A stretch of 64,000 bases of DNA from Escherichia phage FL31: sequence record PP400782. The stretch is one strand, 5' to 3'. Positions 28,775-43,127 of this stretch are shown piece after piece. Numbering within the stretch: position 1 is the stretch's first letter; every line of letters starts with the position of its first letter. The notes under the pieces are model-generated. The model searched no databases. It saw only the letters and a list, made by a program, of their open reading frames with translations, and was not told the origin of the DNA. Made by a program: the position numbers and the translations under genes.

Positions 28775-30321
28775 GTAACAATACATATCAACACGTTTCG
28801 AACGAATCGGTATATGTTGAATTTGACCCGGTAGGGTCAAATTTTGATAGTTCAATAACCAATGTCCAGGCAGCCTTAGCCTCAATTAGCGCATATGGTG
28901 TTAAAGGTGTTCCGGACGCAAGCGAAGCAGAAAAAGGTGTAATTCAATTAGCGACAGAACAAGAAGTTCTTGATGGATTTAATAGTACTAAAGCCGTTAC
29001 ACCCGCCACATTAAATGCAAGACTTCAGTATCCGAACGCGTCAGAAACACAGTACGGCGTAACTAAATATGCAACACAAGAGGAGGCCATTGCTGGCACT
29101 TTAGACACTGTTTCTATTACTCCGCTTAAATTAAACCAAACTATTGATAACACGTTCTCTACTCGTTATTCAACAGAAACAACTAACGGTGTTATTAAAA
29201 TTGCAACTCAAACCGCTGCACTTGCCGGGTCTGATGACACCACAGCAATGACTCCGCTTAAAACGCAGCAATTAGCAATAAAATTAATTTCTCAAATAGC
29301 TCCTAATAACGACCCGGCTTCAGAATCTATTACCGGTGTTGTGCGTTTAGCTACGGTGGCTCAAACACGTCAAGGAACTCTTCGCGAAGGATATGCAATT
29401 TCCCCATATACCTTTATGAATTCTGTTGCAACACAAGAATATAAAGGTGTTATACGTCTAGGAACACAAGCGGAAATTAATAGTAATTTGGGAGATGTTG
29501 CTGTAACAGGTGAAACGCTAAATGGTAGAGGAGCTACCGGTTCTATGCGTGGAGTCGTAAAATTAACGACGCAGGCCGGTATTGCCCCTGAAGGCGATAG
29601 CTCCGGAGCATTAGCATGGAACGCAGATGTAATTAATACACGCGGTGGACAAACTATTAATGGTTCTTTAAATTTAGATCACCTCACAGCAAATGGAATT
29701 TGGTCGCGTGGCGGAATGTGGAAAAACGGTGACCAGCCAGTTGCAACAGAGAGATATGCATCTGAACGTGTTCCTGTTGGAACAATTCAAATGTTCGCAG
29801 GTGATAGCGCTCCTCCAGGTTGGGTTTTATGTCATGGTGGGACCATTTCTGGAGACCAATTTCCGGACTATCGAAATGTGGTTGGAACAAGATTTGGCGG
29901 TGATTGGAATAATCCTGGAATTCCGGATATGCGCGGCCTTTTTGTTAGAGGAGCTGGTACTGGCAGTCATATTTTAAATAATCGTGGCCAAGACGGCTAT
30001 GGAAAGGATAGATTAGGTGTAGGATGTGACGGCATGCATGTTGGTGGTGTCCAAGCACAACAAATGTCATATCATAAACATGCCGGTGGATGGGGCGAAT
30101 ATCAACGTCATGAGGCACCGTTCGGAGCATCCGTATATCAAGGTTATTTAGGTACTAGAAAATACTCTGATTGGGATAACGCATCATATTTCACAAATGA
30201 CGGCTTCGAATTAGGTGGTCACCGCGACGCGCTGGGTACTCTTAACCGTGAAGGACTTATCGGATATGAGACTCGTCCGTGGAATATATCTTTAAATTAT
30301 ATTATTAAAGTCCATTACTAA
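28771..30321 (+). CDS. 12: Short tail fibre protein gp12
   Basis: 516 aa; repeat-rich N-terminal half and His-rich C-terminal receptor-binding region. Confidence 0.9.
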   Translation: MSNNTYQHVSNESVYVEFDPVGSNFDSSITNVQAALASISAYGVKGVPDASEAEKGVIQLATEQEVLDGFNSTKAVTPATLNARLQYPNASETQYGVTKYATQEEAIAGTLDTVSITPLKLNQTIDNTFSTRYSTETTNGVIKIATQTAALAGSDDTTAMTPLKTQQLAIKLISQIAPNNDPASESITGVVRLATVAQTRQGTLREGYAISPYTFMNSVATQEYKGVIRLGTQAEINSNLGDVAVTGETLNGRGATGSMRGVVKLTTQAGIAPEGDSSGALAWNADVINTRGGQTINGSLNLDHLTANGIWSRGGMWKNGDQPVATERYASERVPVGTIQMFAGDSAPPGWVLCHGGTISGDQFPDYRNVVGTRFGGDWNNPGIPDMRGLFVRGAGTGSHILNNRGQDGYGKDRLGVGCDGMHVGGVQAQQMSYHKHAGGWGEYQRHEAPFGASVYQGYLGTRKYSDWDNASYFTNDGFELGGHRDALGTLNREGLIGYETRPWNISLNYIIKVHY

Positions 30322-30330
30322 GGGTAAAAA

Positions 30331-31773
30331 ATGATCGAATTAAAAAGTCTACCATATGTTGATGGCCCTCCTGACGAGGGTCAAAAACGTTTAAACTGGA
30401 TTAAAAATTCAGAAGAAATAACTGGTGCTGACACGTTATATGGTTCTGAAGGAGTAATGAACCGTCCAATAACAGAAGTTCAACGAAATGTGGAAACAAT
30501 TAACGATAACGTTAAGACTATTGCAGAATCTTTAGATACCGCTAATGCTGATATTGTCACAATTAAAAGTATCTTGGATGTTTCTGGTGACGTAGATGCT
30601 TTAGCACAAATTGGACATAACACTGATGATATTGAAGTATTAAAACATACTGTAAATTCACACGGTGTTGATATTTTAAACACTGAAGAAAAACTAGATG
30701 ATACTATTGCTAATATCGGAGTAGTTAATCCGGAAACAGATTCAGTGTATCGTACGGTGCGTAACGACCTTCTTTGGATTAAAACCGAATTAGGGCAATA
30801 TACTGGACAAGATATTAATGGTGTCCCGACCGAAGGTAATGAAAGCACCGGGATGAAACGACGTATTATTACTAACAGCTCAGTGTTGGTTGACCAAGGC
30901 GTTCGTTTAACCGAGTTGGAAAATAAATTTGCCGATTCTGATGTTGGGGCTCTGACAACTGAAGTTGAAAACCTCCGCCAAGAAATGGGTCCTAGACCAT
31001 CGTTAACAGTACCGGTTTACACTCGTTTATCTAGTATTGATTCATCCATTTCTATCCAAACCAGAGATATTGCGGCATTAAAAGATTTTGTTGGATATCC
31101 TAATTCAACCGCTATTAAAACTCAAGTCGAGGCCAATCGTCTTTCTATATCAACAATAAATTCAGACATTAACTCGCCTGGTGGTATTAAACCACGTTTG
31201 ACAACGTTAGAAACTACTATAGGCTCTCCGGATTTACCGACTACTCTTCAGGGTAAGATCAAATTAAATACCGATTCCATTTCAGGTATTAACACAGTTT
31301 TAGGTGTTGATTCTTCTAGCGGTTTACGTTTTAACGTAGCATGGCTTAATCAGGTGGTTGGCGTCGATTCAAATGGTGGACAACCTGAACCGGCTGGTTC
31401 ACTTTTATATAGGACTCGTATTCTTGAAAATGGTGTTACTGACCTAGGCAATAACATTCAAAACGTTCAAACCGAATTGGGAACTAATTCGTCCGGTATT
31501 AAAGGACAAGTGACTAGTTTAAATAAACTTATAAGCGGCACTAACCCAAACGGTCAAACCATAGAAGAACGTGGTATATTGCCAACAGTTAAAAACCATG
31601 ACACGACAATTACGGATTTAACTACGCGTGTTACCACTTTAGAAACAGACCTTGCTGCAGCAGAAGAAGAAATTCAAGCCCTTAAAGAGGCCGGATATAT
31701 CGAAGACGCTCCTTCAGACGGTAAATTCTATGTTCGTAAAGATGGTGCTTGGGTTGAACTTCCTACAGCTTAA
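30331..31773 (+). CDS. wac: Fibritin (whiskers, neck collar)
   Basis: 480 aa coiled-coil ending in foldon-like GYIEDAPSDGKFYVRKDGAWVELPTA. Confidence 0.9.
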   Translation: MIELKSLPYVDGPPDEGQKRLNWIKNSEEITGADTLYGSEGVMNRPITEVQRNVETINDNVKTIAESLDTANADIVTIKSILDVSGDVDALAQIGHNTDDIEVLKHTVNSHGVDILNTEEKLDDTIANIGVVNPETDSVYRTVRNDLLWIKTELGQYTGQDINGVPTEGNESTGMKRRIITNSSVLVDQGVRLTELENKFADSDVGALTTEVENLRQEMGPRPSLTVPVYTRLSSIDSSISIQTRDIAALKDFVGYPNSTAIKTQVEANRLSISTINSDINSPGGIKPRLTTLETTIGSPDLPTTLQGKIKLNTDSISGINTVLGVDSSSGLRFNVAWLNQVVGVDSNGGQPEPAGSLLYRTRILENGVTDLGNNIQNVQTELGTNSSGIKGQVTSLNKLISGTNPNGQTIEERGILPTVKNHDTTITDLTTRVTTLETDLAAAEEEIQALKEAGYIEDAPSDGKFYVRKDGAWVELPTA

Positions 31774-31778
31774 TGAAA

Positions 31779-31794
31779 AGGGCCTTCGGGCCCT
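31779..31794 (+). terminator. UUCG-tetraloop hairpin after wac
   Basis: AGGGCC-TTCG-GGCCCT immediately after the wac stop. Confidence 0.5.
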
Positions 31795-31805
31795 AAAGGA
31801 TTTAT

Positions 31806-32732
31806 ATGTCAGGTTATAATGCACAAAACCCTAAAGAATTAAAGGATGTAATATTACGTCGTTTAGGCGCTCCTATTGTAAATGTTGAATTAACTACAGA
31901 CCAAATTTATGATTGTATTTCACGGGCGTTAGAACTTTATGGTGAATATCATTTTGACGGATTGAATAAAGGTTTTCACGTATTTTTTGTTGATGACGAA
32001 GAAAAATACCGTCACGGCGTATTTGATATGCGCGGTTCTAATGTATTTGCTGTAACAAGAATTATAAGAACAAACGTTGGCTCTATTACTTCAATGGATG
32101 GTAATGCAACTTATCCTTGGTTCACTGATTTCCTTTTAGGAATGGCAGGTGTTTCTGGTGGTATGGGTAGTAATTGTGGTAAATTCTACGGTCCGAACGC
32201 TTTTGGTGCCGACCTCGGGTATTATTCTCAATTAGTATCTTATATGGGTATGCTTCAAGATATGATTGCTCCTCTTCCGGATTTTTGGTTTAACTCTGCA
32301 AACGAGCAATTAAAAGTAATGGGTAACTTTAGACAGAAAGATGTCATTATCGTTGAATCGTATGTTCGCTCTTATATCGAGACCCATAAGATGGTAGGAA
32401 ATACAGTAGGGTACGGTCAGGTCGGTCCTCGTGATTCATGGTCTATTTCTGAACGTTATGATAATCCAGACCATAATTTGGTAGGACGTCGAGTTGGTGA
32501 AGATCCTGCAACCAAACAAGGCGCGTATAACAACCGCTGGGTTAAAGATTATGCAACTGCATTAGCTAAAGAGCTTAATGGACAAATTCTTGCTAAACAT
32601 CAAGGTATGATGTTACCTGGTGGTGTCACTGTTGACGGTGTTCGATTAATTGAAGAAGCCCGTTTAGAGAAAGAAGCTTTACGAGAAGAGTTATATTTAC
32701 TGGACCCTCCTGCAGGTATTTTGGTAGGTTAA
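31806..32732 (+). CDS. 13: Neck protein gp13
   Basis: 308 aa; synteny wac-13-14-15. Confidence 0.9.
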   Translation: MSGYNAQNPKELKDVILRRLGAPIVNVELTTDQIYDCISRALELYGEYHFDGLNKGFHVFFVDDEEKYRHGVFDMRGSNVFAVTRIIRTNVGSITSMDGNATYPWFTDFLLGMAGVSGGMGSNCGKFYGPNAFGADLGYYSQLVSYMGMLQDMIAPLPDFWFNSANEQLKVMGNFRQKDVIIVESYVRSYIETHKMVGNTVGYGQVGPRDSWSISERYDNPDHNLVGRRVGEDPATKQGAYNNRWVKDYATALAKELNGQILAKHQGMMLPGGVTVDGVRLIEEARLEKEALREELYLLDPPAGILVG

Positions 32733-32733
32733 T

Positions 32734-33498
32734 ATGGCAACTTATGATAAAAATCTTTTCGCCAAGCTAGAAAATCGTGGTGGGTATTCTCAGACAAATG
32801 AGACCGAAATCCTCAATCCATTTGTCAATTTTAATAACTATGAGAATAGTCAGACATTAGCCGATGTTCTAGTGGCAGAAAGCATACAGATGCGCGGTAT
32901 TGAGTGTTTTTATGTTCCACGTGAATATGTTGCCGTGGACCTTATCTTTGGTGAGGACCTTAAAAATAAATTTACTAAAGCATGGAAATTTGCTGCATAT
33001 CTGAACTCTTTTGAAGGTTATGAAGGAGCGAAATCGTTCTTCAGCAACTTCGGAATGCAAGTTCAAGACGAAGTTACATTATCTATTAACCCAGGTCTTT
33101 TCAAACACCAGGTCAACAATCAGGAGCCCAAGGAAGGTGATTTAATATACTTCCCAATGGACAACAGTTTGTTTGAGATTAACTGGGTTGAACCATATGA
33201 CCCATTCTATCAAGTAGGTAAAAATGCGATTCGTAAAATTACTGCAGGCAAGTTTATTTACTCTGGCGAAGAAATCAATCCGGTGCTTCAGAAAAATGAA
33301 GGTATCAATATACCTGAATTTAGTGACTTGGAACTTAACCCTGTTAGAAATCTTGACGGTATCCATGACATTAATATCGATGAATATTCTGAAGTTGAGC
33401 AAATCAATTCAGAGGCAAGTGAATACGTTGAACCGTACGTAGTAGTTAACAACCGTGGTAGACAAAATTCACCATTTGACGATGGGTTTATGAATTAA
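32734..33498 (+). CDS. 14: Neck protein gp14
   Basis: 254 aa; synteny. Confidence 0.9.
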   Translation: MATYDKNLFAKLENRGGYSQTNETEILNPFVNFNNYENSQTLADVLVAESIQMRGIECFYVPREYVAVDLIFGEDLKNKFTKAWKFAAYLNSFEGYEGAKSFFSNFGMQVQDEVTLSINPGLFKHQVNNQEPKEGDLIYFPMDNSLFEINWVEPYDPFYQVGKNAIRKITAGKFIYSGEEINPVLQKNEGINIPEFSDLELNPVRNLDGIHDINIDEYSEVEQINSEASEYVEPYVVVNNRGRQNSPFDDGFMN

Positions 33499-33521
33499 TA
33501 AATAGATAAGATAAAGCAAAC

Positions 33522-33539
33522 ACCGGCCGAAAGGCCGGT
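33522..33539 (+). terminator. GNRA-loop hairpin after gene 14
   Basis: ACCGGCC-GAAA-GGCCGGT followed by AGGAG RBS of gene 15. Confidence 0.45.
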
Positions 33540-33550
33540 TAGGAGAAATG

Positions 33551-34372
33551 ATGTTTGGCTATTTTTACAACTCGTCGTTCAGGCGATATATCACAATGAT
33601 GGGCGATTTGTTTTCAAATATCCAAGTTAACCGTCAATTGTCTACAGGCAATAAATTAATTAGAGTTCCTATTACGTATGCATCTAAAGAGCACTTTATG
33701 ATGAAACTTAATAAATGGACCTCTATAAACTCACAAGAAGATGTGGCTAAAGTCGAAACTATTCTACCACGTATAAATCTCCAAATGGTAGATTTCGTTT
33801 ATAACCCAACGTTTAAAACGAATATATTGAATAACTCTCTTTTGAGTAAATCGACTAAGGATATTGTAGACCAATACAACCCATCACCAATTAAAATGAT
33901 TTTTGAACTGAGCATCTTTACTCGTTATGAAGATGATATGTTCCAAATCGTTGAGCAAATTATTCCATATTTTCAGCCGCATTTTAATACGACTATGATT
34001 GAGCAATATGGGCAGGATATTCCATTTGAAAGGGATATTAAAGTCGTATGGATGGCAGCAGCAATGGATGAACAAATAGACGGTGATAATTTATCTCGTC
34101 GACGTTTAGAGTGGTCATTAACATTTGAAGTAAATGGATGGATGTATCCTCCGGTAGGCGCAGCAGAAGGCCTTATTAAAACGACTTATCTTGATTTTCA
34201 TGCTAATGAACGAGACCTTCAAACAGCCGCCCACGTTTTTGAATCAGTTGATACAGAAATTAAACCGAGAGACGTTGAAGCACAAGATTGGAATGGTGAA
34301 GTTGAACAAACTTATACTCATGATATTCCAATCCCGACTCCACCAACCCCTCCTGGTCCTAGAAAACAATAA
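33551..34372 (+). CDS. 15: Tail sheath stabiliser and completion protein gp15
   Basis: Start taken at second ATG (MFGYFYNSSFRRY...) for RBS spacing; 273 aa. Confidence 0.9.
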   Translation: MFGYFYNSSFRRYITMMGDLFSNIQVNRQLSTGNKLIRVPITYASKEHFMMKLNKWTSINSQEDVAKVETILPRINLQMVDFVYNPTFKTNILNNSLLSKSTKDIVDQYNPSPIKMIFELSIFTRYEDDMFQIVEQIIPYFQPHFNTTMIEQYGQDIPFERDIKVVWMAAAMDEQIDGDNLSRRRLEWSLTFEVNGWMYPPVGAAEGLIKTTYLDFHANERDLQTAAHVFESVDTEIKPRDVEAQDWNGEVEQTYTHDIPIPTPPTPPGPRKQ

Positions 34373-34381
34373 GAGGTAAAT

Positions 34382-36698
<2,317 letters not shown>

Positions 36699-36725
36699 AA
36701 ATAAAGCAAATTAAGAGGAATTAAA

Positions 36726-38708
36726 ATGGCACTTCTCTCTCCGGGCGTTGAGCTCAAAGAAACTACCGTACAGAGTACTGTAGTTAATAACTCCACTGGT
36801 ACTGCTGCCCTGGCTGGAAAATTCCAATGGGGACCTGCATTCCAGATTAAACAAATCACCGATGAGGTTGCGTTGGTTGATATGTTTGGTACTCCTAACA
36901 CAGACACCGCAGATTATTTCATGTCTGCTATGAACTTCCTTCAATATGGTAATGACCTTCGTGTTGTACGCGCAGTTGATCGTGATACTGCTAAGAACTC
37001 ATCTCCTGTGGCAGGAAACATTAATTTTACTATTTCTTCGGCTGGCACCAACTACAGAGTAGGTGATAAAGTTGTAGTTAAATATTCTACAGATATTATC
37101 GAACCAGACGGTGAAGTTACTTCAGTTGATTCTGACGGTAAAATTTTGAATATCTTTATTCCTTCAGGTAAAATTATCGCTAAAGCGAAAGAAATCGGCG
37201 AATATCCTGAATTAGGTTCAAACTGGACTGCCGAAATGTCTGGGTCTTCTTCTGGTCTGTCTGCAGTAATTACTATTGATTCCGTTGTAATGGATTCTGG
37301 TATTCTGTTGACTGAAGTTGAAACTTCAGAAGAAGCTATTACTTCTCTAACTTTCCAAGAATCTATTAAAAAATATGGTGTCCCGGGTGTAGTTGCTCTT
37401 TATCCTGGTGAACTTGGCGACCAGCTTGAAATCGAAATCGTATCTAAAGCAGACTATGACAAAGGTGCTTCAGCCCAGTTAAAAATTTATCCTGATGGTG
37501 GTACTCGTGCATCTACTGCTAAAGCAGTGTTTGGATATGGCCCACAAACTGATGACCAATACGCAATTATCGTTCGTCGTAACGATGCTGTAGTTCAGAG
37601 CGTAGTTCTTTCTACTAAACGCGGTGAACGAGATATTTATGGTAGTAATATCTTTATTGATGATTTCTTTGCTAAAGGCGCAAGCAATTATATTTTCGCT
37701 ACTGCACAAGGTTGGCCAAAAGGTTTCTCTGGTGTAATCAAACTGAATGGTGGCTTATCATCTAATGAAACGGTTGACGCTGGTGATTTAATGGAAGCTT
37801 GGGATTTGTTTGCTGACCGTGAATCTGTTAATGCGCAGTTGTTTATTGCCGGTTCTTGTGCAGGTGAATCTTTAGAAGTTGCTTCTACAGTTCAGAAACA
37901 TGTTGTAGCAATTGGTGATTCTCGTCAAGATTGCTTGGTTCTTTGCTCGCCTCCACGTGCAGCTGTAGTTGGTATTCCTGTTAATCGTGCAGTTGATAAT
38001 CTGGTTGATTGGCGTACAGCGTCAGGAACTTACACTGATAATAACTTTAATATAAGTTCTACTTATGCTGCTATTGACGGTAACTATAAATATCAATATG
38101 ACAAATATAATGACGTGAATCGTTGGGTTCCATTAGCTGCTGATATTGCTGGTCTTTGTGCTCGAACAGACAATATTTCTCAGCCTTGGATGTCTCCAGC
38201 CGGTTATAACCGTGGACAAATTCTTAACGTTATTAAGCTTGCAATTGAAACTCGTCAAGCACAACGAGATCGTTTGTATCAGGAAGCTATTAACCCTGTT
38301 ACTGGTACCGGTGGTGATGGGTATGTTCTGTACGGCGATAAAACTGCCACTTCTGTTCCTTCGCCATTTGACCGTATTAACGTTCGTCGTTTGTTCAATA
38401 TGGTTAAAACGAACATTGGTTCAGCATCTAAATATCGCCTGTTTGAATTGAACAACGCATTTACCCGTTCTTCTTTCCGTACAGAGACTTCTCAATATCT
38501 ACAGGGTATTAAAGCTCTTGGTGGTGTATATAACTTTAAAGTTGTTTGTGATACTACCAATAACACCCCAGCAGTTATCGACCGTAATGAATTTGTAGCT
38601 ACTTTCTACTTACAACCTGCCCGCTCGATAAATTATATTACGTTGAACTTTGTAGCAACAGCAACTGGTGCTGATTTCGACGAACTGATTGGTGCTGTAG
38701 GTGGTTAA
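36726..38708 (+). CDS. 18: Tail sheath protein gp18
   Basis: 660 aa; MALLSPGVELKETTVQSTVVNNSTG...; matches T4 gp18 as recalled. Confidence 0.95.
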   Translation: MALLSPGVELKETTVQSTVVNNSTGTAALAGKFQWGPAFQIKQITDEVALVDMFGTPNTDTADYFMSAMNFLQYGNDLRVVRAVDRDTAKNSSPVAGNINFTISSAGTNYRVGDKVVVKYSTDIIEPDGEVTSVDSDGKILNIFIPSGKIIAKAKEIGEYPELGSNWTAEMSGSSSGLSAVITIDSVVMDSGILLTEVETSEEAITSLTFQESIKKYGVPGVVALYPGELGDQLEIEIVSKADYDKGASAQLKIYPDGGTRASTAKAVFGYGPQTDDQYAIIVRRNDAVVQSVVLSTKRGERDIYGSNIFIDDFFAKGASNYIFATAQGWPKGFSGVIKLNGGLSSNETVDAGDLMEAWDLFADRESVNAQLFIAGSCAGESLEVASTVQKHVVAIGDSRQDCLVLCSPPRAAVVGIPVNRAVDNLVDWRTASGTYTDNNFNISSTYAAIDGNYKYQYDKYNDVNRWVPLAADIAGLCARTDNISQPWMSPAGYNRGQILNVIKLAIETRQAQRDRLYQEAINPVTGTGGDGYVLYGDKTATSVPSPFDRINVRRLFNMVKTNIGSASKYRLFELNNAFTRSSFRTETSQYLQGIKALGGVYNFKVVCDTTNNTPAVIDRNEFVATFYLQPARSINYITLNFVATATGADFDELIGAVGG

Positions 38709-38740
38709 TAAGACGCCTGATGGGCTATTTCGGTAGCCCA

Positions 38741-38748
38741 TATAAATA
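38741..38748 (+). promoter_or_regulatory. Late promoter TATAAATA for gene 19, preceded by hairpin 38721-38740
   Basis: TGGGCTA-TTTCGG-TAGCCCA hairpin immediately followed by TATAAATA. Confidence 0.6.
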
Positions 38749-38820
38749 TACTATATCGTTTAAAAATTAATTCTATGGGCCTCCGGTTAATCCTAAGCCC
38801 ATATTACTACAGAGGCTAAT

Positions 38821-39312
38821 ATGTTTGTAGATGACGTAACTCGCGCCTTCGAATCTGGTGATTTCGCTCGCCCTAACCTGTTCGAAGTAGAAATCTCTTA
38901 TCTTGGGCAAAACTTTAGCTTCCAGTGTCGTGCTACGGCTCTTCCTGCTGCGATCGTTGAAAAGGTTCCTGTTTCTTATATGAACCGTAAAATTAACGTG
39001 GCCGGTGATCGTACATTCGATGATTGGACTATTACAGTAATGAACGATGATGCTCATAGCATTCGTCAGAAATTTGTTGATTGGCAAGGTATTGCTGCTG
39101 GTCAAGGAAATGAAATTACTGGTGGTAAACCTGCTGAATATAAAAAGTCTGCTATCGTTCGTCAATTTGCCCGTGATGCTAAAACGGTCACTAAAGAAGT
39201 TGAAATTGTCGGCTTGTGGCCTACTAACGTTGGCGAAGTATCTCTTGACTGGGACAGCAATAACGAGATTGAAACGTTCGAAGTAACTCTTGCTCTTGAT
39301 TGGTGGGAATAA
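38821..39312 (+). CDS. 19: Tail tube protein gp19
   Basis: 163 aa, same length as T4 gp19. Confidence 0.95.
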   Translation: MFVDDVTRAFESGDFARPNLFEVEISYLGQNFSFQCRATALPAAIVEKVPVSYMNRKINVAGDRTFDDWTITVMNDDAHSIRQKFVDWQGIAAGQGNEITGGKPAEYKKSAIVRQFARDAKTVTKEVEIVGLWPTNVGEVSLDWDSNNEIETFEVTLALDWWE

Positions 39313-39360
39313 TCTGGTTGGGGAGAAATCCCCAGCTTCCCGTGATGACGGAGAAGTCCA

Positions 39361-39368
39361 TATAAATA
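39361..39368 (+). promoter_or_regulatory. Late promoter TATAAATA for gene 20
   Basis: TATAAATA 28 nt upstream of the gp20 ATG. Confidence 0.6.
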
Positions 39369-39396
39369 TAACTATAATTCCCATTCGGAGAATACA

Positions 39397-40968
39397 ATGA
39401 AATTTAATATCTTAAGTTTGTTTGCTCCATGGGCAAAAATGGACGAACGTGATTACAAAGACCAAGAAAAAGAAAATTTAGAATCTATCACCGCACCAAA
39501 ATTGGACGACGGCGCTAAAGAATACGAAGTATCTGAAAATGAAGCACAGCAAACATATAATGCTATGTTTCAGAGAATGTTCGGTAGTCAAGAACCAGGG
39601 CTCAAATCAACCCGTGAATTAATCGATACGTATCGAAATTTGATGACGAACTATGAAGTGGATAATGCAGTCTCTGAAATAGTTTCTGATGCTATCGTAT
39701 ATGAAGATGATACAGAAGTCGTTTCTATAAATTTAGACAACACAAAATTTAGTCCAAATATCAAATCAATGATGTTGGATGAATTTAACGAAGTGTTAAA
39801 TCATTTATCTTTCCAACGTAAAGGTTCAGATCATTTTAGACGTTGGTATGTGGATTCTCGAATTTTCTTCCATAAAATTATTGACCCTAAACGCCCTAAA
39901 GAAGGTATTAAAGAGCTTCGTCGTTTAGACCCACGTCAAGTTCAATATGTCCGTGAAGTTATTACAACCACTGAAGCCGGTGTTAAAATAGTCAAGGGTT
40001 ATAAAGAATATTTCATTTATGACACATCACACGAATCTTATGCTTGTGATGGTCGCATATATGAAGCTGGCACAAAAATAAAAATCCCTAAAGCCGCGAT
40101 TGTTTATGCCCATTCTGGTTTAGTTGATTGTTGTGGTAAAAATATCATTGGTTATTTGCATCGGGCTATTAAGCCGGCGAACCAATTAAAACTTCTTGAA
40201 GATGCCGTCGTAATTTATCGTATTACTCGTGCTCCTGATCGTCGTGTATGGTATGTTGATACAGGTAATATGCCTTCAAGAAAAGCAGCCGAACATATGC
40301 AACATGTTATGAATACGATGAAAAACCGTATTGCATATGATGCTACTACAGGCAAGATTAAAAACCAGCAGCATATTATGTCGATGACCGAAGATTATTG
40401 GTTACAACGACGTGATGGTAAAGCAGTAACAGAAGTTGACACATTACCAGGTGCAGATAATACTGGAAATATGGAAGATGTACGTTGGTTCCGTAATGCG
40501 CTTTATATGGCTTTACGTATTCCTATTACCCGTATTCCAAGTGACCAAGGTGGTATACAGTTTGATGCTGGTACTTCTATTACACGAGATGAATTGACAT
40601 TTGGTAAATTTATTCGTGAGCTGCAACATAAATTTGAAGAGATATTTCTAGACCCGCTTAAAACTAATTTAATTCTTAAAGGAATTATTACAGAAGATGA
40701 GTGGAATGATGAAATAAATAATATTAAGATAAAATTTCATCGGGATAGTTATTTCTCGGAATTAAAGGATGCTGAGATTCTGGAGCGTCGCATTAATATG
40801 CTTCAGATGGCCGAACCATTTATTGGTAAATATATTTCTCACAGAACAGCTATGAAAGATATTCTTCAGATGTCTGACGAGGAAATTGAACAAGAGGCTA
40901 AGCAAATTGAAGAAGAGTCGAAAGAGGCTCGTTTCCAAGACCCCGACCAAGAACAAGAGGATTTTTAA
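39397..40968 (+). CDS. 20: Portal vertex protein gp20
   Basis: 523 aa; synteny 19-20-67-68-21-22-23. Confidence 0.95.
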   Translation: MKFNILSLFAPWAKMDERDYKDQEKENLESITAPKLDDGAKEYEVSENEAQQTYNAMFQRMFGSQEPGLKSTRELIDTYRNLMTNYEVDNAVSEIVSDAIVYEDDTEVVSINLDNTKFSPNIKSMMLDEFNEVLNHLSFQRKGSDHFRRWYVDSRIFFHKIIDPKRPKEGIKELRRLDPRQVQYVREVITTTEAGVKIVKGYKEYFIYDTSHESYACDGRIYEAGTKIKIPKAAIVYAHSGLVDCCGKNIIGYLHRAIKPANQLKLLEDAVVIYRITRAPDRRVWYVDTGNMPSRKAAEHMQHVMNTMKNRIAYDATTGKIKNQQHIMSMTEDYWLQRRDGKAVTEVDTLPGADNTGNMEDVRWFRNALYMALRIPITRIPSDQGGIQFDAGTSITRDELTFGKFIRELQHKFEEIFLDPLKTNLILKGIITEDEWNDEINNIKIKFHRDSYFSELKDAEILERRINMLQMAEPFIGKYISHRTAMKDILQMSDEEIEQEAKQIEEESKEARFQDPDQEQEDF

Positions 40969-41198
40969 TGGACGATTTAATTCAAGCTATTAAATCAAAC
41001 GACCTCGTTGCTACTCGAAAGTTTTTTGAAAGTGCAATGGCAGAAAAAACGGTTCGTTTGATTGAAGCACGCAAAGCAGAAATCGCTTCTCAATTTTTGA
41101 TTGAAGGCGAAGAACCCGAAGAAGAAGAGAAAGCTTCGGAAGACGACGCTGATGAAGGCGATGACGACGAAGACGAAGATGATGAGGACGATGAATAA
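40968..41198 (+). CDS. 67: Prohead core protein gp67
   Basis: 76 aa with poly-acidic C-terminus; TAATG overlap with gene 20. Confidence 0.8.
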   Translation: MDDLIQAIKSNDLVATRKFFESAMAEKTVRLIEARKAEIASQFLIEGEEPEEEEKASEDDADEGDDDEDEDDEDDE

Positions 41199-41623
41199 TG
41201 TATCTTATCCCTGAATCTTATGAATTGGTACTCGAAAATGTCGAAGCACTTATTCCTGAAGCACAGGGCCGAATCGATGCATTGTCTTCTGCTCTCGATA
41301 TTGACGATATAAATACTATTATCGAGAACATGCTTGAAACTGAAACGGATTTAGCTGTTGCAATGGCTTCCATTATTAATGAAGAACAGTTAAATGAGTT
41401 TATCGTTAAACATGTTTCTTCTCGTGGTGAAGTCACTCGCACTAAAGACCGTAAAACTCGTGAACGTAACGCGTTCCAAACAACTGGTCTTTCTAAAGCA
41501 AAACGTAGACAAATCGCTCGTAAGGTCGTTAAAGCTAAAAAAGCTAACCCTTCAGGCCAAGTTAAAGGCTTGCGTAAGCGTAAAAAAGCTCTTAAACGTC
41601 GTAAAGCATTAGGATTAAGCTAA
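41198..41623 (+). CDS. 68: Prohead core protein gp68
   Basis: 141 aa with basic C-terminus; TAATG overlaps on both sides. Confidence 0.8.
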   Translation: MYLIPESYELVLENVEALIPEAQGRIDALSSALDIDDINTIIENMLETETDLAVAMASIINEEQLNEFIVKHVSSRGEVTRTKDRKTRERNAFQTTGLSKAKRRQIARKVVKAKKANPSGQVKGLRKRKKALKRRKALGLS

Positions 41624-42264
41624 TGAATAAACCCGAGTTACTTATTGAAACTTGGGGTCAACCCGGTGAGATTATTGATGGCGTTCCAATGTTGGAATCT
41701 CATGATGGAAAAGATTCTGGCTTAAAACCAGGGCTTTATATAGAAGGTATTTTTCTTCAGGCAGAGGTTGTTAACCGAAATAAACGTTTATATCCTAAAC
41801 GCGTTTTGGAAAAAGCAGTAAGTGACTATATTAAAGAACAAGTCGAAACCAAACAAGCCCTTGGAGAATTAAACCATCCACCTCGTGCAAATGTTGACCC
41901 CATGCAAGCCGCTATCATTATTGAAGATATGTGGTGGAAAGGAAACGATGTATATGGACGTGCTAGAATTATTGAAGGCGACCATGGTCCCGGTGATAAA
42001 TTAGCTGCTAATATACGAGCTGGTTGGATTCCAGGTGTTTCCTCTCGTGGTCTTGGTTCTTTAACCGACACCAATAAAGGGTACCGTATCGTGAACGAAG
42101 GATTTAAATTAACCGTCGGCGTAGATGCCGTATGGGGACCTTCTGCTCCAGATGCTTGGGTTACTCCTAAACAAATATCAGAATCAGAAAATTCGGTGGA
42201 AATCACCAAAAACAGTGCTGATGAAGCATTTAAAGCTCTCGCAGAGAGTTTAAAAGCATTATAA
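41623..42264 (+). CDS. 21: Prohead core protease gp21
   Basis: 213 aa; synteny between 68 and 22; this protease cleaves the CTS leaders. Confidence 0.9.
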   Translation: MNKPELLIETWGQPGEIIDGVPMLESHDGKDSGLKPGLYIEGIFLQAEVVNRNKRLYPKRVLEKAVSDYIKEQVETKQALGELNHPPRANVDPMQAAIIIEDMWWKGNDVYGRARIIEGDHGPGDKLAANIRAGWIPGVSSRGLGSLTDTNKGYRIVNEGFKLTVGVDAVWGPSAPDAWVTPKQISESENSVEITKNSADEAFKALAESLKAL

Positions 42265-42267
42265 ATA
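42260..42267 (+). promoter_or_regulatory. Late promoter TATAAATA for gene 22
   Basis: TATAAATA overlapping the gene 21 stop, about 30 nt before the gp22 ATG. Confidence 0.55.
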
Positions 42268-42297
42268 ATAATGTAATCTAAACCACAGGACACTAAA

Positions 42298-43110
42298 ATG
42301 ATCAAAGAACAACTTTTGAAAGAAGCTCAGAATATCGAGACTTCAGTTGCTCTTAATAGTGTTTTCGAATCAGTAGAACTGTCTCCGGACGTTAAAGCTA
42401 ATTTCAGCACTGTATTCGAAGCCACCGTTAAGCAGGAAGCAGTCAAACTAGCTGAATCTCATATCAAAGCTATCGCCGAAAAAGCCGAAGAAGAAGTTGA
42501 AAAGGCTAAAGAAGATGCTGAAGAGAAAGCTGATAAAAAATTGGCTGAACAAGCTTCTAAATTCCTGGACCATCTTGCAAAAGAATGGCTCGCAGAAAAC
42601 CAAATCGCAGTTGATAAAGGCATTAAAGCTGATTTGTTCGAATCCATGCTTGGTGGTCTGAAAGAACTGTTTGTTGAACATAACGTTGTTGTTCCAGAAG
42701 AATCTGTAGATGTTGTAGCAGAAATGGAAGAAGAGCTGGCCGAACATAAAGAAGAAACCGCTCGTTTGTTCGAAGAAGTTACCAAACGTGATGCATATAT
42801 CAATTACGTTCAGCGTGAAACCGCTATTAATGAAAGCGTGAAAGACCTGACTGAATCTCAGAAAGAAAAAGTTATTGGCCTGGTTGAAGGTATGGATTAT
42901 TCTGACGCATTTGGTACTAAGTTAACTGCTATTGTAGAAATGGTTAAAGGTTCTACTAAAGAAGAAGCCGCTATTACCGAAAGTATAAATACAGTTGACA
43001 ATGACGCTGCCGGTCTTAATTTTGTTGCCGAAGCAGTTGACACTACCACAACTCAGGTAGAACAGAATTCTAATGTAAGTTTATATGCGAAAGTCGCATC
43101 TCGTTTCTAA
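42298..43110 (+). CDS. 22: Prohead core scaffold protein gp22
   Basis: 270 aa, acidic coiled-coil-like. Confidence 0.9.
   Translation: MIKEQLLKEAQNIETSVALNSVFESVELSPDVKANFSTVFEATVKQEAVKLAESHIKAIAEKAEEEVEKAKEDAEEKADKKLAEQASKFLDHLAKEWLAENQIAVDKGIKADLFESMLGGLKELFVEHNVVVPEESVDVVAEMEEELAEHKEETARLFEEVTKRDAYINYVQRETAINESVKDLTESQKEKVIGLVEGMDYSDAFGTKLTAIVEMVKGSTKEEAAITESINTVDNDAAGLNFVAEAVDTTTTQVEQNSNVSLYAKVASRF
42984..42991 (+). promoter_or_regulatory. Late promoter TATAAATA for gene 23, inside the 3' end of gene 22
   Basis: AGTATAAATACAG about 137 nt upstream of the gp23 ATG. Confidence 0.55.
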
Positions 43111-43127
43111 TTTAAAGGTTAACACAA

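Noticed and set aside
38773-39384. 203-aa minus-strand ORF antisense to the tail tube gene 19
   Set aside because: Completely overlaps a highly conserved structural gene on the other strand; no promoter or RBS; shadow ORF.
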